From: a virus
Virus record (IMG/VR): IMGVR_UViG_3300042731_011014
Coordinates: 64,001-128,000 of that record
Direction: 5' to 3' (one strand)
DNA length: 64,000 nt
Shown here: piece by piece, positions 1 to 8,384 of the stretch
Layout of the letters: each line of letters opens with the position of its first letter
How positions within the stretch are numbered: position 1 is the stretch's first letter
Translations under genes and position numbers: made by a program
The notes under the pieces: generated by a model
What the model was told of the DNA's origin: nothing
Database searches by the model: none
Seen by the model: the letters and a program-made list of their open reading frames with translations, nothing else

Positions 1-237
1 TACTGTATTCCCATCAGCCATTCTAATTGGATGATCATACGAGACCTCGAAAAAGCCTTTATCTGTAGTAATCCTAATCATCTCTTTTGGACTAGACTTC
101 CATGCTTGAGCTTTTTTTGCTACATATCTATTCCTAGGGGGATCAAATGATAAGCATATAAACTCATCCAATTTCGCTAACTCTTCAACTCGAACTGGTC
201 CATTGTTCGTATAGATTCTCTGCCATGGTATTAAACA
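1..237 (-). mobile_element. Intein 2 in NrdJ, N-terminal part only (truncated by window edge)
   Basis: After SGGK the frame reads CLIPWQRIYTNNGPVRVEEL...KEMIRITTDKGFFEVSYDHPI (intein blocks A and B) where NrdJ TRRAAKM is expected. Confidence 0.88.
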
Positions 238-1935
238 CTTACCTCCACTACGAATTACTCCAGCCCACGAATCATATCCACGCATAAAAGACACTGGTCC
301 ACTAGCATACCCGCCACCTCTAACATGCTCCTTTGTGCTACGAAGCGTTGAAAAATTCGTGCCTGTTCCAGATCCATGCTTAAAAAGCATACCTTCAGTT
401 TTAACAAGATCAAGGATTGAATCCATATCATCCTCAACCTCATTGATAAAACAATTATGAGTAACATACCCTTCATAAAGAAACTCTTCGTTTGAAGATT
501 GTATATCAAAAACCTCTTCGGGCTCATCAAGCATTTTTATTGATTTTATCTTCACCCTATGCAAATCATGCTTTTGCTTTCCTTTTCTCGAAAAAGTTCC
601 AAACAGCGCTTCATTTTTATCCTTAGCTAAAAAACCAATCCTCTCCCGGAAAATCTCCCTTTCACTCTCATATGATATATCGACACACCATGAGTCAAAT
701 CTATCTTCTCTCTTATCCTTTTTTTCACCGTATCTAGAGAAAATACCAACACTTTGCAGTAACAATTGCACCCCATCAATAAAATCCCTGGGCATTCTAC
801 TTAATCCCACAGAGTGTCTTTCTTTAGTAATATATCCATTGCACTGAAAAACACTTTTCAAATAAGATATTCTTGCTCTTATATTAGCCCCTTTAATTCT
901 CTTGGGAACTCTAGCTTCCTTTTTTCTATACATAAGTTCATATTTTTCAATAAAGTCCCTAAATATCCTTCCATAAGATCTAAATCTAATAAAATCAATA
1001 TTAGGATCTTCTGTTTCCTCGGGAATCTCATTAAACTTAACATTTGGAAAAACTACATCTAAATGTTCTCTAATCCAGGATCTTTCATATTCATTAATTG
1101 TTTCAAATTCAACTATATAAGAATTACACTCATATTTTCCAATAAAACCATTACAAACAAGCCATCCAGCTAATGCAGCCTCACTTTCGCAAATCTGATC
1201 CCCTTGTTCAATTACCGTCCTTTGCCTCCATAAATAATCCCCAATATTTAACTCATCAACTCTTTTCCATTTACCATTACCTTTATGATGATGCGCAGAA
1301 AAAAACCTATGATCTGTAGTTGCGTACAATCTAGAACCATTAACAAGTTCTATTTCAATGACTTCCCTGAAACCGTTATTCTTCTTCGCCTCAAGACTCG
1401 CAACACCTTCCTTTGTTATCAACCCTATCTTAATCCCGTAACCATCTTCCAGCTTGTTATTAATAATATCCCTCATGGTCATCATTCCAAAATCGGTCAT
1501 AACAGTTGCATAACCAGGTAGGCATGCTGAACATTGCGGATTATCCTCAACACCCACGTTAAACCAAACAGGGCTATTAAACGCTGCATATTGTTTAATT
1601 AAGATGTACCTCAATTCGTCAAGAAAATTAGCTGCGTCATCATTATCAAAATATTCCTGCTCAATACCCCAATTTGTTATTGTCTTAGCCACCCGCTCAA
1701 CAAGGCTTATTACACTGTTTTCCCTTTCTAAGCTTCCTAGCTTTCCCCTAAAATACTTCTGAGCTACAATATTAAGCGCTGTCTGTGACCAATCTTTGGG
1801 CACTTCAACATTTTTTTGGCTAAAGAAGACTTCACCTTTTTCATTCGTAATTACAGCATCCCTTCTTTCGACCTCAATACCCATGTATGAATCACGAATT
1901 TTAATATCAGATGTTAGTATCCTATCTATTTTCAT
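1..1935 (-). CDS. nrdJ: Class II (B12-dependent) ribonucleotide reductase, 5' part; ORF runs off the left edge; contains two inteins
   Basis: Not in the ORF track. Hand translation from ATG at 1935 is open for 645 codons to base 1: VEVPKDWSQTALNIVAQKYF...AFNSPVWFNVG..PQCSA|intein|CFINEVEDDMDSILDLVKTEGMLFKHGSGTGTNFSTLRS...GPVSFMRGYDSWAGVIRSGGK|intein, all typical NrdJ motifs. Confidence 0.93.
   Translation of the reverse strand, partial: MKIDRILTSDIKIRDSYMGIEVERRDAVITNEKGEVFFSQKNVEVPKDWSQTALNIVAQKYFRGKLGSLERENSVISLVERVAKTITNWGIEQEYFDNDDAANFLDELRYILIKQYAAFNSPVWFNVGVEDNPQCSACLPGYATVMTDFGMMTMRDIINNKLEDGYGIKIGLITKEGVASLEAKKNNGFREVIEIELVNGSRLYATTDHRFFSAHHHKGNGKWKRVDELNIGDYLWRQRTVIEQGDQICESEAALAGWLVCNGFIGKYECNSYIVEFETINEYERSWIREHLDVVFPNVKFNEIPEETEDPNIDFIRFRSYGRIFRDFIEKYELMYRKKEARVPKRIKGANIRARISYLKSVFQCNGYITKERHSVGLSRMPRDFIDGVQLLLQSVGIFSRYGEKKDKREDRFDSWCVDISYESEREIFRERIGFLAKDKNEALFGTFSRKGKQKHDLHRVKIKSIKMLDEPEEVFDIQSSNEEFLYEGYVTHNCFINEVEDDMDSILDLVKTEGMLFKHGSGTGTNFSTLRSTKEHVRGGGYASGPVSFMRGYDSWAGVIRSGGKCLIPWQRIYTNNGPVRVEELAKLDEFICLSFDPPRNRYVAKKAQAWKSSPKEMIRITTDKGFFEVSYDHPIRMADGNTV
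454..1524 (-). mobile_element. Intein 1 in NrdJ (357 aa) with LAGLIDADG-type endonuclease domain
   Basis: Starts CLPGYATV after PQCSA, block B TTDHRF, ends VFDIQ...YVTHN followed by extein CFI. Internal LAGWLVCNG and YLKSVFQCNG motifs. Confidence 0.93.
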
Positions 1936-1985
1936 TACGATCCCTTTACTTTGTCCACGCGTGGGAGTTACCTATAATTTTCTCC

Positions 1986-2267
1986 TTACCTAACTACGTT
2001 CCTATTAAATGTAAATATTAAAACATCATCAAAACAATCACCAAGATTCCATTTAATAAATCCCAATGAATGAACCCCTTTAAAAACATTAAAACCAACT
2101 ATGTTTTTACCATCAAACACCTCAACAAACCTGTACCCTAATCCCTTCATTTTATTTAAAGACTTCCACGTCAGCCTTATGGATAAATCATTATCAATTA
2201 CAGATTCTAAATCACGCCTGATACGCCTTGATAACTTTAACCTATCAAGCAGTTTAACCCAGAACAT
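1986..2267 (-). CDS. Hypothetical protein (93 aa)
   Basis: ORF fills the gap between kptA-like gene and nrdJ; GGAGG upstream. Confidence 0.6.
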   Translation of the reverse strand: MFWVKLLDRLKLSRRIRRDLESVIDNDLSIRLTWKSLNKMKGLGYRFVEVFDGKNIVGFNVFKGVHSLGFIKWNLGDCFDDVLIFTFNRNVVR

Positions 2268-2273
2268 ACATCA

Positions 2274-2597
2274 CTACCCCCTCCATGTTTCGGTATTTAT
2301 ATATTCCATCGGCACATACTTCACTAACCAAACACCGTTCTCAGATAAATAAAAATCATGACCATCTCTACTCATATCATTTGCGCGAATTACAAGAACA
2401 ATAGGAACACCATGCCTTGAACCAATATCCATAGCTATTTCACCATCAGCAGATAAATGAACATATTGCCTATTTCCAGGCTTGATGCCACCTTCCATTA
2501 TCGATCTTACAGATGTAACAGCGGTCCCGTGATAAAGCAATTGTGGTGGCATAATAGGTTTTAGATCTAAATCAACATTTACGGGATCATATCTCAT
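2274..2597 (-). CDS. kptA: RNA 2'-phosphotransferase Tpt1/KptA, C-terminal NAD-binding lobe only (107 aa)
   Basis: PPQLLYHGT, GIKPGNRQYVHLS, GSRHG, FYLSENGVWL motifs. Start MRYD at 2597 follows a GAGG RBS; the N-lobe is absent. Confidence 0.85.
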   Translation of the reverse strand: MRYDPVNVDLDLKPIMPPQLLYHGTAVTSVRSIMEGGIKPGNRQYVHLSADGEIAMDIGSRHGVPIVLVIRANDMSRDGHDFYLSENGVWLVKYVPMEYINTETWRG

Positions 2598-2675
2598 TTT
2601 TTTCCTCAAAATAATACACAAAGGGTCGCTTAGCGTCCCTCCGCACGAAAACACCTACATATCATCTTAATAAAA

Positions 2676-2703
2676 ATTGTGACCCTAAAATCAATTATGT
2701 CAA
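2676..2703 (-). promoter_or_regulatory. Sigma70-like promoter upstream of kptA-like gene and nrdJ
   Basis: TTGACA-N16-CACAAT on the minus strand in the intergenic gap where the structural block gives way to metabolism genes. Confidence 0.5.
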
Positions 2704-2724
2704 TGGTTTTTTTGAGTAAAAAAT

Positions 2725-3111
2725 TTATCTGTTTAATGTTGCTAGCTTATATGCACCATAGGTCGCAACACTGGAAGCTATAAAGCCAACTACTACCCCA
2801 ACCCACAGTTTATTTTGATTCCACCAACTTTTCTGGCTTAATTTCTCAATTTTTTTATCGGCCTTTTTAAGGGCCTCTTTATATTCATTTTCTTTGAATT
2901 CCCACAAATCAGTATTTATTTTTACCTTATTCTCTAGTGACTTAAACTCAATCCTAATCTTCCCAACTTTTATAGCTGTCGCCTCATTCATTAACACCCC
3001 GCTAAACGGAGATTCCTCACCTTTCTTGATTTTCAAATAAACACTGTCTTTTTTATCGGCAAGCAAATTAAAAGAAAACAGAGTTATAAAAAACACTATA
3101 ATCCACTTCAT
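2725..3111 (-). CDS. Exported coiled-coil protein with C-terminal TM helix (spanin-like topology)
   Basis: Start MKWIIVFF after GGAG RBS; signal peptide, PFSGVL motif, coiled coil, LWVGVVVGFIASSVA TM. No lipobox Cys. Confidence 0.6.
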   Translation of the reverse strand: MKWIIVFFITLFSFNLLADKKDSVYLKIKKGEESPFSGVLMNEATAIKVGKIRIEFKSLENKVKINTDLWEFKENEYKEALKKADKKIEKLSQKSWWNQNKLWVGVVVGFIASSVATYGAYKLATLNR

Positions 3112-3112
3112 T

Positions 3113-3193
3113 TTACTCCCCATCATAATCAAAACCTTTTTCATTGATTAACCGCTGACTACCTTTTAAAAACTTGAGTGTTTCTTTTATCAT
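3113..3193 (-). CDS. Small ORF, 26 aa (MIKETLKFLKGSQRLINEKGFDYDGE)
   Basis: Fits exactly between neighbours; its first 31 nt nearly duplicate the start of 3199-3399. Confidence 0.5.
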   Translation of the reverse strand: MIKETLKFLKGSQRLINEKGFDYDGE

Positions 3194-3198
3194 AGCTC

Positions 3199-3399
3199 TT
3201 ATTCTGTCTTCCTTTTCATCTTTTTGCCACACACTGGACATTTCTTATGTATACACGGTTCACCTATTTCATGATCTTCTTCGTGTCCGCACCTGCATAC
3301 ACATTTTCCTCCTGGGCCAAGTGCATCACCATTATTTCTCCCCAATCTCTCAATTATATTCCGATTCTCTTTTAAAAACCTAAGTGCCTCTTTTATCAT
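3199..3399 (-). CDS. Small Cys/His Zn-ribbon protein (GPGGxCVC...CPxCG family)
   Basis: GPGGKCVCRCGHEEDHEIGEPCIHKKCPVCG. Confidence 0.75.
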   Translation of the reverse strand: MIKEALRFLKENRNIIERLGRNNGDALGPGGKCVCRCGHEEDHEIGEPCIHKKCPVCGKKMKRKTE

Positions 3400-3411
3400 T
3401 ATGATACCTTT

Positions 3412-3816
3412 TTAAATAGGATCAGAAGCTATTGCAACCCTAATCTTCATACTACACGCAACTGTCGTTGCAAACTGCTTTCCATCGTTAGTTTTAATTC
3501 TGGCCCCCCAGTAATACGTCCCGTCATCCAAAGATGATGTATCGGCTGGAATTAAATAAACCTTCAACTCACCATTAGTTGCGTCAGTAACTTCAGCCTG
3601 CTCATTTCCACCGCCTGCAAGATTCGCTGTTTTTTTAATGATCTTAGCATCATTATCTGAATCATCCTCATTTAACTTAACAATAAAAAGCGCAGCTGCA
3701 TTAGTAAGATCAATTGCTGCCTCAGTATCAGCGTTTGTAACAGTTAATTTTATTGTTTTATCAGTCCCTTTAATTACTTGAACCTCGCCGCCATCGCAGC
3801 AAACAGTTACAGCCAT
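3412..3816 (-). CDS. BppU-like Ig-fold virion protein
   Basis: LTVTNADTEAAIDLTNA..LFIVK...DATNGELKVYLIPADT..L..GTYYW pattern. Confidence 0.65.
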   Translation of the reverse strand: MAVTVCCDGGEVQVIKGTDKTIKLTVTNADTEAAIDLTNAAALFIVKLNEDDSDNDAKIIKKTANLAGGGNEQAEVTDATNGELKVYLIPADTSSLDDGTYYWGARIKTNDGKQFATTVACSMKIRVAIASDPI

Positions 3817-4061
3817 TATTCACATCCTACGTTAAAATTTAGCTCATCAACTTCCTCAACCTCAATAGCTATTGAGTCCTCAGATGTTGTAACACAGATA
3901 TTAAAATCGCCTGAATCTACGAGTAAACTATAACTCGGCTCGTCAGAAACAGAGATTCCTATATCTAACTCTGATACAGAAATTTCTATACCTTCTATTT
4001 CCTCTCTTACAACCGCATATTTAGGCCATAATTTGCCTTTTGTAACTAAAGCTAGACTCAT
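3816..4061 (-). CDS. Hypothetical acidic beta-rich protein
   Basis: 81-aa ORF translationally coupled to 3412-3816. Confidence 0.6.
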   Translation of the reverse strand: MSLALVTKGKLWPKYAVVREEIEGIEISVSELDIGISVSDEPSYSLLVDSGDFNICVTTSEDSIAIEVEEVDELNFNVGCE

Positions 4062-4216
4062 CGTAAGCCTTCCGCAACGTGGGCAAATTGAACATCAGGC
4101 CTTTGTGATCTCGGATCCATTTTCCACTTCCAACACTTTTTGTCTTCAACCTTTTCCTTTGTGCATCGAGGTTAGATTTTCATTAAAAAATCGTAAATAA
4201 TATTCACTGTTTTAAT

Positions 4217-4310
4217 AAAAAACCTTTATGAAGGTAAAACCTTCATTGGCGTTAACCCTAACGCCTCTATCCCGTTCGCAAATGCATTCGGGACTGCCTT
4301 TTTTTTTAGT
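4217..4310. other. Three tandem hairpins; possible terminator/attenuator or structured RNA
   Basis: Stems 4228-4246 (8 bp perfect), 4248-4265 (7 bp perfect), 4270-4293 (5 bp plus inner stem), flanked by A and T runs. Confidence 0.5.
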
Positions 4311-4326
4311 ATGCCAATTGAACCGT

Positions 4327-4770
4327 TTATATCCTTTTTTCTGAATCTATTCTATACTTCCTAGCCGCCAACATCAAATTAAGTAGATTGCTTTCCCATA
4401 TATATCGGCGATGTTCATTGCTAGTAAGCCAACTACTGACATGACCAGTCATATCTAATACAATAATTCCACATTTATTTGCAATCAAACTAAACTCGCC
4501 GATCTCATCATATCTAAAATTACCAATTGCAATAACTGCATAGTGAGGCTTTTCCTCTATTCTTAATCATCCCAGCGTTTGCGCAAGAACCTTTAAATTA
4601 GGTCTTAATTTTGCCTGAACACCTATTTGAATCTTATTTCTCACCAGAACGATATCCCAATTACCTTGCTCAGGATATGCAATAAAATTCCGTTTTTCGG
4701 CCTCACTAATAAGATTATCACATAGCCTCTTTTCAGAAGCAAACTTTTTCCTTATCCTCTGTCGTCTCAT
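4327..4770 (-). pseudogene. PD-(D/E)xK-like phage protein interrupted by an in-frame TGA at 4567-4569
   Basis: AYPEQGNWDIVLVRNKIQIGVQAKL motif; same frame stays open 79 more codons after the TGA, to TAA at 4327. Confidence 0.55.
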
Positions 4771-4777
4771 GTTGAAA

Positions 4778-5515
4778 CTATTTATTCTTCGGTTTTGTCG
4801 CCAAAAAATCAATCATTGTTTTTCCGCCAGTACGCTTCAAAGTATCAATAATATTCTTGCCAATCTTGTTTTTAACCGGCTTACTGGCCCATTTTACAGC
4901 CCTTGCTCTAAGTTTAGAACCAAGTTGGGTAATTTCCTTCTTTGAAAGCTTTTTATTATTATCGACAATAATAAAATTACTCCCACCAAAAAGAGTTTGA
5001 AATTTCCCCATATTATTTTGAACTTGGTTCCAGCTTTTTATTACTACATCCTTTGGTACACTTCTTTTTCTTTTCTCATTCCTTTCATGAGCAACGTCTA
5101 ATGATGTATTCACAAAAACCATAGCAGTATCATAACCAAAACCTTCGAGTCTTTTCCTTGCTTTCGATATTTCATCGTAATCCTTGCCAGTCCCATCAAC
5201 AACTATCCCAAGCATTCCACCTAACCAATATCCTTCCCGTTTTTTAGTAATCTTTTTTGCATAATCCCTTGCTACCATCTGTTTTTTATACATTAATGGC
5301 TTTTTTGGATCTATATCAAAAGATAAACCTCTCCCTCCTAAAAGAACTTCGAATGCAAGATCTGTATTTAAAAACTTCAATCCAGCCCCAGCGAACATAT
5401 GGTTAGCTATAAAGCTTTTTCCGCTCCCTGGGCCACCAGCAAGAAAAACAGCTTTAAAAATATAAGGATCATTAATCCCCTCTGCAATCATTCTAAGTTC
5501 TTCAAGTAAATCCAT
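4778..5515 (-). CDS. Zeta-toxin-like / AAA_33 P-loop kinase
   Basis: FKAVFLAGGPGSGKS Walker A, IVVDGTG, GYDTAMVFVNTSLDVAHERN. Confidence 0.8.
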   Translation of the reverse strand: MDLLEELRMIAEGINDPYIFKAVFLAGGPGSGKSFIANHMFAGAGLKFLNTDLAFEVLLGGRGLSFDIDPKKPLMYKKQMVARDYAKKITKKREGYWLGGMLGIVVDGTGKDYDEISKARKRLEGFGYDTAMVFVNTSLDVAHERNEKRKRSVPKDVVIKSWNQVQNNMGKFQTLFGGSNFIIVDNNKKLSKKEITQLGSKLRARAVKWASKPVKNKIGKNIIDTLKRTGGKTMIDFLATKPKNK

Positions 5516-5530
5516 TTTTATATTCTCCTA

Positions 5531-7903
5531 TTAAGGTTCAAGTACCATTCTAAAAGTTTTCATTCGATTAATACCTTCCCAGATTGTTTCCATCGTATAA
5601 GTAGCCACAAGACCCGTAATCTCGGCCCCACCATCCGTTGCAGCCTCAGCATTGGCCTTACTGTCAAACACCCTCACACGCGCTGTAATGAGCTGAGAGT
5701 CCGCATCATGCGAGGTGTTATCAATATAAGCATTCTCGTGATTAAGGCCCAGGAGGCGGGCTATAGCCGTCAAATCAGGCATTTTATTCGCTATATCATG
5801 AAGTGAGTCTTGAGATGAATCAAAATCACCATCGCCCCCATCTTTAATAAGCTCAATATTATCGCCTATATTAGTAACATTCGTATTGATCATGTCACCT
5901 GTGGCAGCAATATCATGAAGTGAATCCGTTGTGTTACTAAAATCACCATCACCGCCATCCATTATCCTATTCGCTTTAGTGTTAATCTCAGCCGCATGCC
6001 TGGATTGATCATGGAGCGAATCTTCTGTAGCCAAAAAATCACCATCCCCACCATCCTTAATCAATTCCAAATCAACCTGGTTCGCGGCCACACTTTCACT
6101 GATCTTTTTCAGCGAATCATCATCAGTATTAAAACCAACACCCTTAATCTCCTCTAAATCAGTTCCAATATTACCCAAATCATTATCAATACTATTAAAA
6201 TTAAACTCATTCGCTAAACGCTGGTCGTGTAACGAGTCAAGAGTATTAGAAAAATCTCCTGTACCGCCGTCCTTAATAAGTCCCAAATCAGTAATAATAC
6301 TTATATTATCTCCTTGTAAGTCATGTAAACTATCCTTCGACGGATCAAAATCACCATCCCCGCCATCCTTGATTAATTGGATCTGCGGATTTAAATCTTT
6401 TGTGAAAAGTTTTATATCATGAAGGCTATCCTCACCAGGCACAAAATCACCATGACCTCCGTCTTTAACTAACTGAATTTCAGTATTTAAACTCTCATAA
6501 TGGAGTGTTTGATCTCTAAGACTATCCTCACCAGGTACAAAATCACCATCGCCGCCATCTTTGATTAATTCCAAATCCACCACAATACTATCCACATCAA
6601 CCTCTACCGCATTTTGCTGCTCCCTTAAATCATGAAGCGAATCAGTACTAGAATTAAAATCGCCGTCTCCGCCATCTTTTATTAATTCGAGATCTACTTG
6701 ATTGGCAGCTACCGCATTACTCAGGGCATTATCAGCAATTGTTCTATCATGCAATGAATCCTGTGTAGGACTAAAATCACCATGACCCCCATCTTTGATC
6801 ATCTCAAGCTGATCTCTTAAATCATGAAGTGAATCCTTATCTACATCAAAATCACCGTGACCGCCATCAAGTGCAGAATCAACTTTTCCAGAAATATTAT
6901 CCCCTCTAATACTCTGATCATGCAGAGAATCGCTACTAGGGTTAAAATCCCCGTCTCCCCCATCCTTGATAAGAGATAGCTCTGTTTCAATAGCCGCAAA
7001 CTTACCTTGAATGTCGTGAAGTGAATCCGTAGTTGGAACAAAATCACCGTCGCCTCCATCCTTAACAAACTGAATCTCTTCTTCTATCGCTTTCAGTGAA
7101 TGATCAGCGGTAAATGTTCCCGTATTACCATCCTTAACCCATTGAATTTGAGTATTATTTCTATCACTATGTCTAGTTTGATCATGTAAACTGTCTTCGG
7201 ATGGATCGAAGTCACCATGACCGCCATCCTTAATTAATTCAAGGTCCACCTGATTTGCTGCAATAACAGACGTATGATCATGAAGTGAATCAGTATTTGG
7301 ATTGAAGTCACCATGACCGCCATCCTTAACCAGTTGGATTTGATTATTTAAATTATTATAATTACTTACCTGAGAAGCTTGAATCGCTGCAAACTGAGCA
7401 GCATGATCATGTAATGAGTCTTGAGATGGATTAAAGTCGCCATCCCCGCCATCTTTGATAAGCTCGACATCTGTTTTTATCGTTGAAATTTTCTCATCAA
7501 TGTTATCTGTGAACCCCCCAACATGAATCTCGCCATATTGAGGGGTGTTTTCTGCATCAGTTTTCGGATCCTGCACAATTATAAATTGGTAAACATCAAA
7601 CCCATTGATAGGATTAGTTATTTTCGATGTGTCAAACCCGCGCTGATGAGATGGTTCATTTAACTGATACTCTCCAGGTGCATTGGTCGAATCAACCTCA
7701 TTCATACTTTCTAATAATTGAACCACACTGCCAACCGACTTAAAGGTTTCATCACTCCAATCATAAAAATCCCCATTAGAAGATCGCCAAACCTTAATCT
7801 TGATATCAGTTTTTAACGCTAACGGATCACCATTATCATCTAATATTGTCGCAATAACTGGTTCCTTATCGCCATTCTGAATTCTCACTGAAGAATAATT
7901 CAT
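5531..7903 (-). CDS. Repeat-rich fibre-like virion protein (790 aa)
   Basis: 17 copies of an (L/I)xLIKDGGDGDFxxxxDSLHD unit joined by short heptad-like linkers. Confidence 0.8.
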   Translation of the reverse strand: MNYSSVRIQNGDKEPVIATILDDNGDPLALKTDIKIKVWRSSNGDFYDWSDETFKSVGSVVQLLESMNEVDSTNAPGEYQLNEPSHQRGFDTSKITNPINGFDVYQFIIVQDPKTDAENTPQYGEIHVGGFTDNIDEKISTIKTDVELIKDGGDGDFNPSQDSLHDHAAQFAAIQASQVSNYNNLNNQIQLVKDGGHGDFNPNTDSLHDHTSVIAANQVDLELIKDGGHGDFDPSEDSLHDQTRHSDRNNTQIQWVKDGNTGTFTADHSLKAIEEEIQFVKDGGDGDFVPTTDSLHDIQGKFAAIETELSLIKDGGDGDFNPSSDSLHDQSIRGDNISGKVDSALDGGHGDFDVDKDSLHDLRDQLEMIKDGGHGDFSPTQDSLHDRTIADNALSNAVAANQVDLELIKDGGDGDFNSSTDSLHDLREQQNAVEVDVDSIVVDLELIKDGGDGDFVPGEDSLRDQTLHYESLNTEIQLVKDGGHGDFVPGEDSLHDIKLFTKDLNPQIQLIKDGGDGDFDPSKDSLHDLQGDNISIITDLGLIKDGGTGDFSNTLDSLHDQRLANEFNFNSIDNDLGNIGTDLEEIKGVGFNTDDDSLKKISESVAANQVDLELIKDGGDGDFLATEDSLHDQSRHAAEINTKANRIMDGGDGDFSNTTDSLHDIAATGDMINTNVTNIGDNIELIKDGGDGDFDSSQDSLHDIANKMPDLTAIARLLGLNHENAYIDNTSHDADSQLITARVRVFDSKANAEAATDGGAEITGLVATYTMETIWEGINRMKTFRMVLEP
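5790..7470 (-). repeat. Intragenic protein repeat IKDGG(D/H)GDF-x4-DSLHD, 15 canonical plus 2 degenerate units
   Basis: Counted directly in the translation. Confidence 0.9.
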
Positions 7904-7910
7904 TTTTACA

Positions 7911-8384
7911 TTAACCCTGCGAGCTACCGGTTACTCTTAAGTTATTCTTAAGCATTATCCCTTTAATATTACTATTCATATCTGATACAACATCAATCAT
8001 TTTGTTAATACTTTTTCTTAGCTCATTTTGACTGTCATGCATTTTAATCAATAAGTTATTTAAATCACCAACACCATTACTTAACGTCTTCAAGGAATCA
8101 TCCATCGACCTCCTAACATACCATACCGGCACGCCATCCTCATCCCTTACATTATGCATTTCTAATAATTTTTCCGATTCCTTAGCAACTCTCTTTAAAA
8201 GAGCATCTGTCTCAGAAATATTTTTTTCAACCTTTATATAACACCTATCAGGTTGTTTACCTGCCGTTGCAGCTTTTGGAATAAACCTATTAGCTAATAT
8301 CTTTAAAACTTCAATTATTCCAAGCGACATTGCTACCACAACTCCAAGCAATGTTAAATCTACTGTTTCCATTTTATACCTCAA
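7911..8384 (-). CDS. Membrane-anchored coiled-coil protein (holin/antiholin-like)
   Basis: Single N-terminal TM (LTLLGVVVAMSLGIIEVL) followed by a coiled coil. Confidence 0.5.
   Translation of the reverse strand: MRYKMETVDLTLLGVVVAMSLGIIEVLKILANRFIPKAATAGKQPDRCYIKVEKNISETDALLKRVAKESEKLLEMHNVRDEDGVPVWYVRRSMDDSLKTLSNGVGDLNNLLIKMHDSQNELRKSINKMIDVVSDMNSNIKGIMLKNNLRVTGSSQG

Noticed and set aside
255-530. 91-aa minus-strand ORF and the plus-strand ORFs at 814-1993
   Set aside because: They are alternative frames over nrdJ and its intein, which occupy 1-1935.
2621-2640. Small hairpin AGGGTCGCTTAGCGTCCCT in the kptA-like leader
   Set aside because: Short with a mismatch and no recognisable motif; may be a minor leader structure only.
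4567-4569. Alternative genetic code or selenocysteine at the in-frame TGA
   Set aside because: TGA, TAG and TAA all terminate well-defined genes elsewhere (e.g. ATGA overlaps), coding density is already high in code 11, and no SECIS-like context was seen.
5790-7470. Regular DNA repeats as a possible CRISPR array
   Set aside because: The repeats vary at synonymous positions and lie in one open frame; they are protein repeats. The same applies to 33205-33605.
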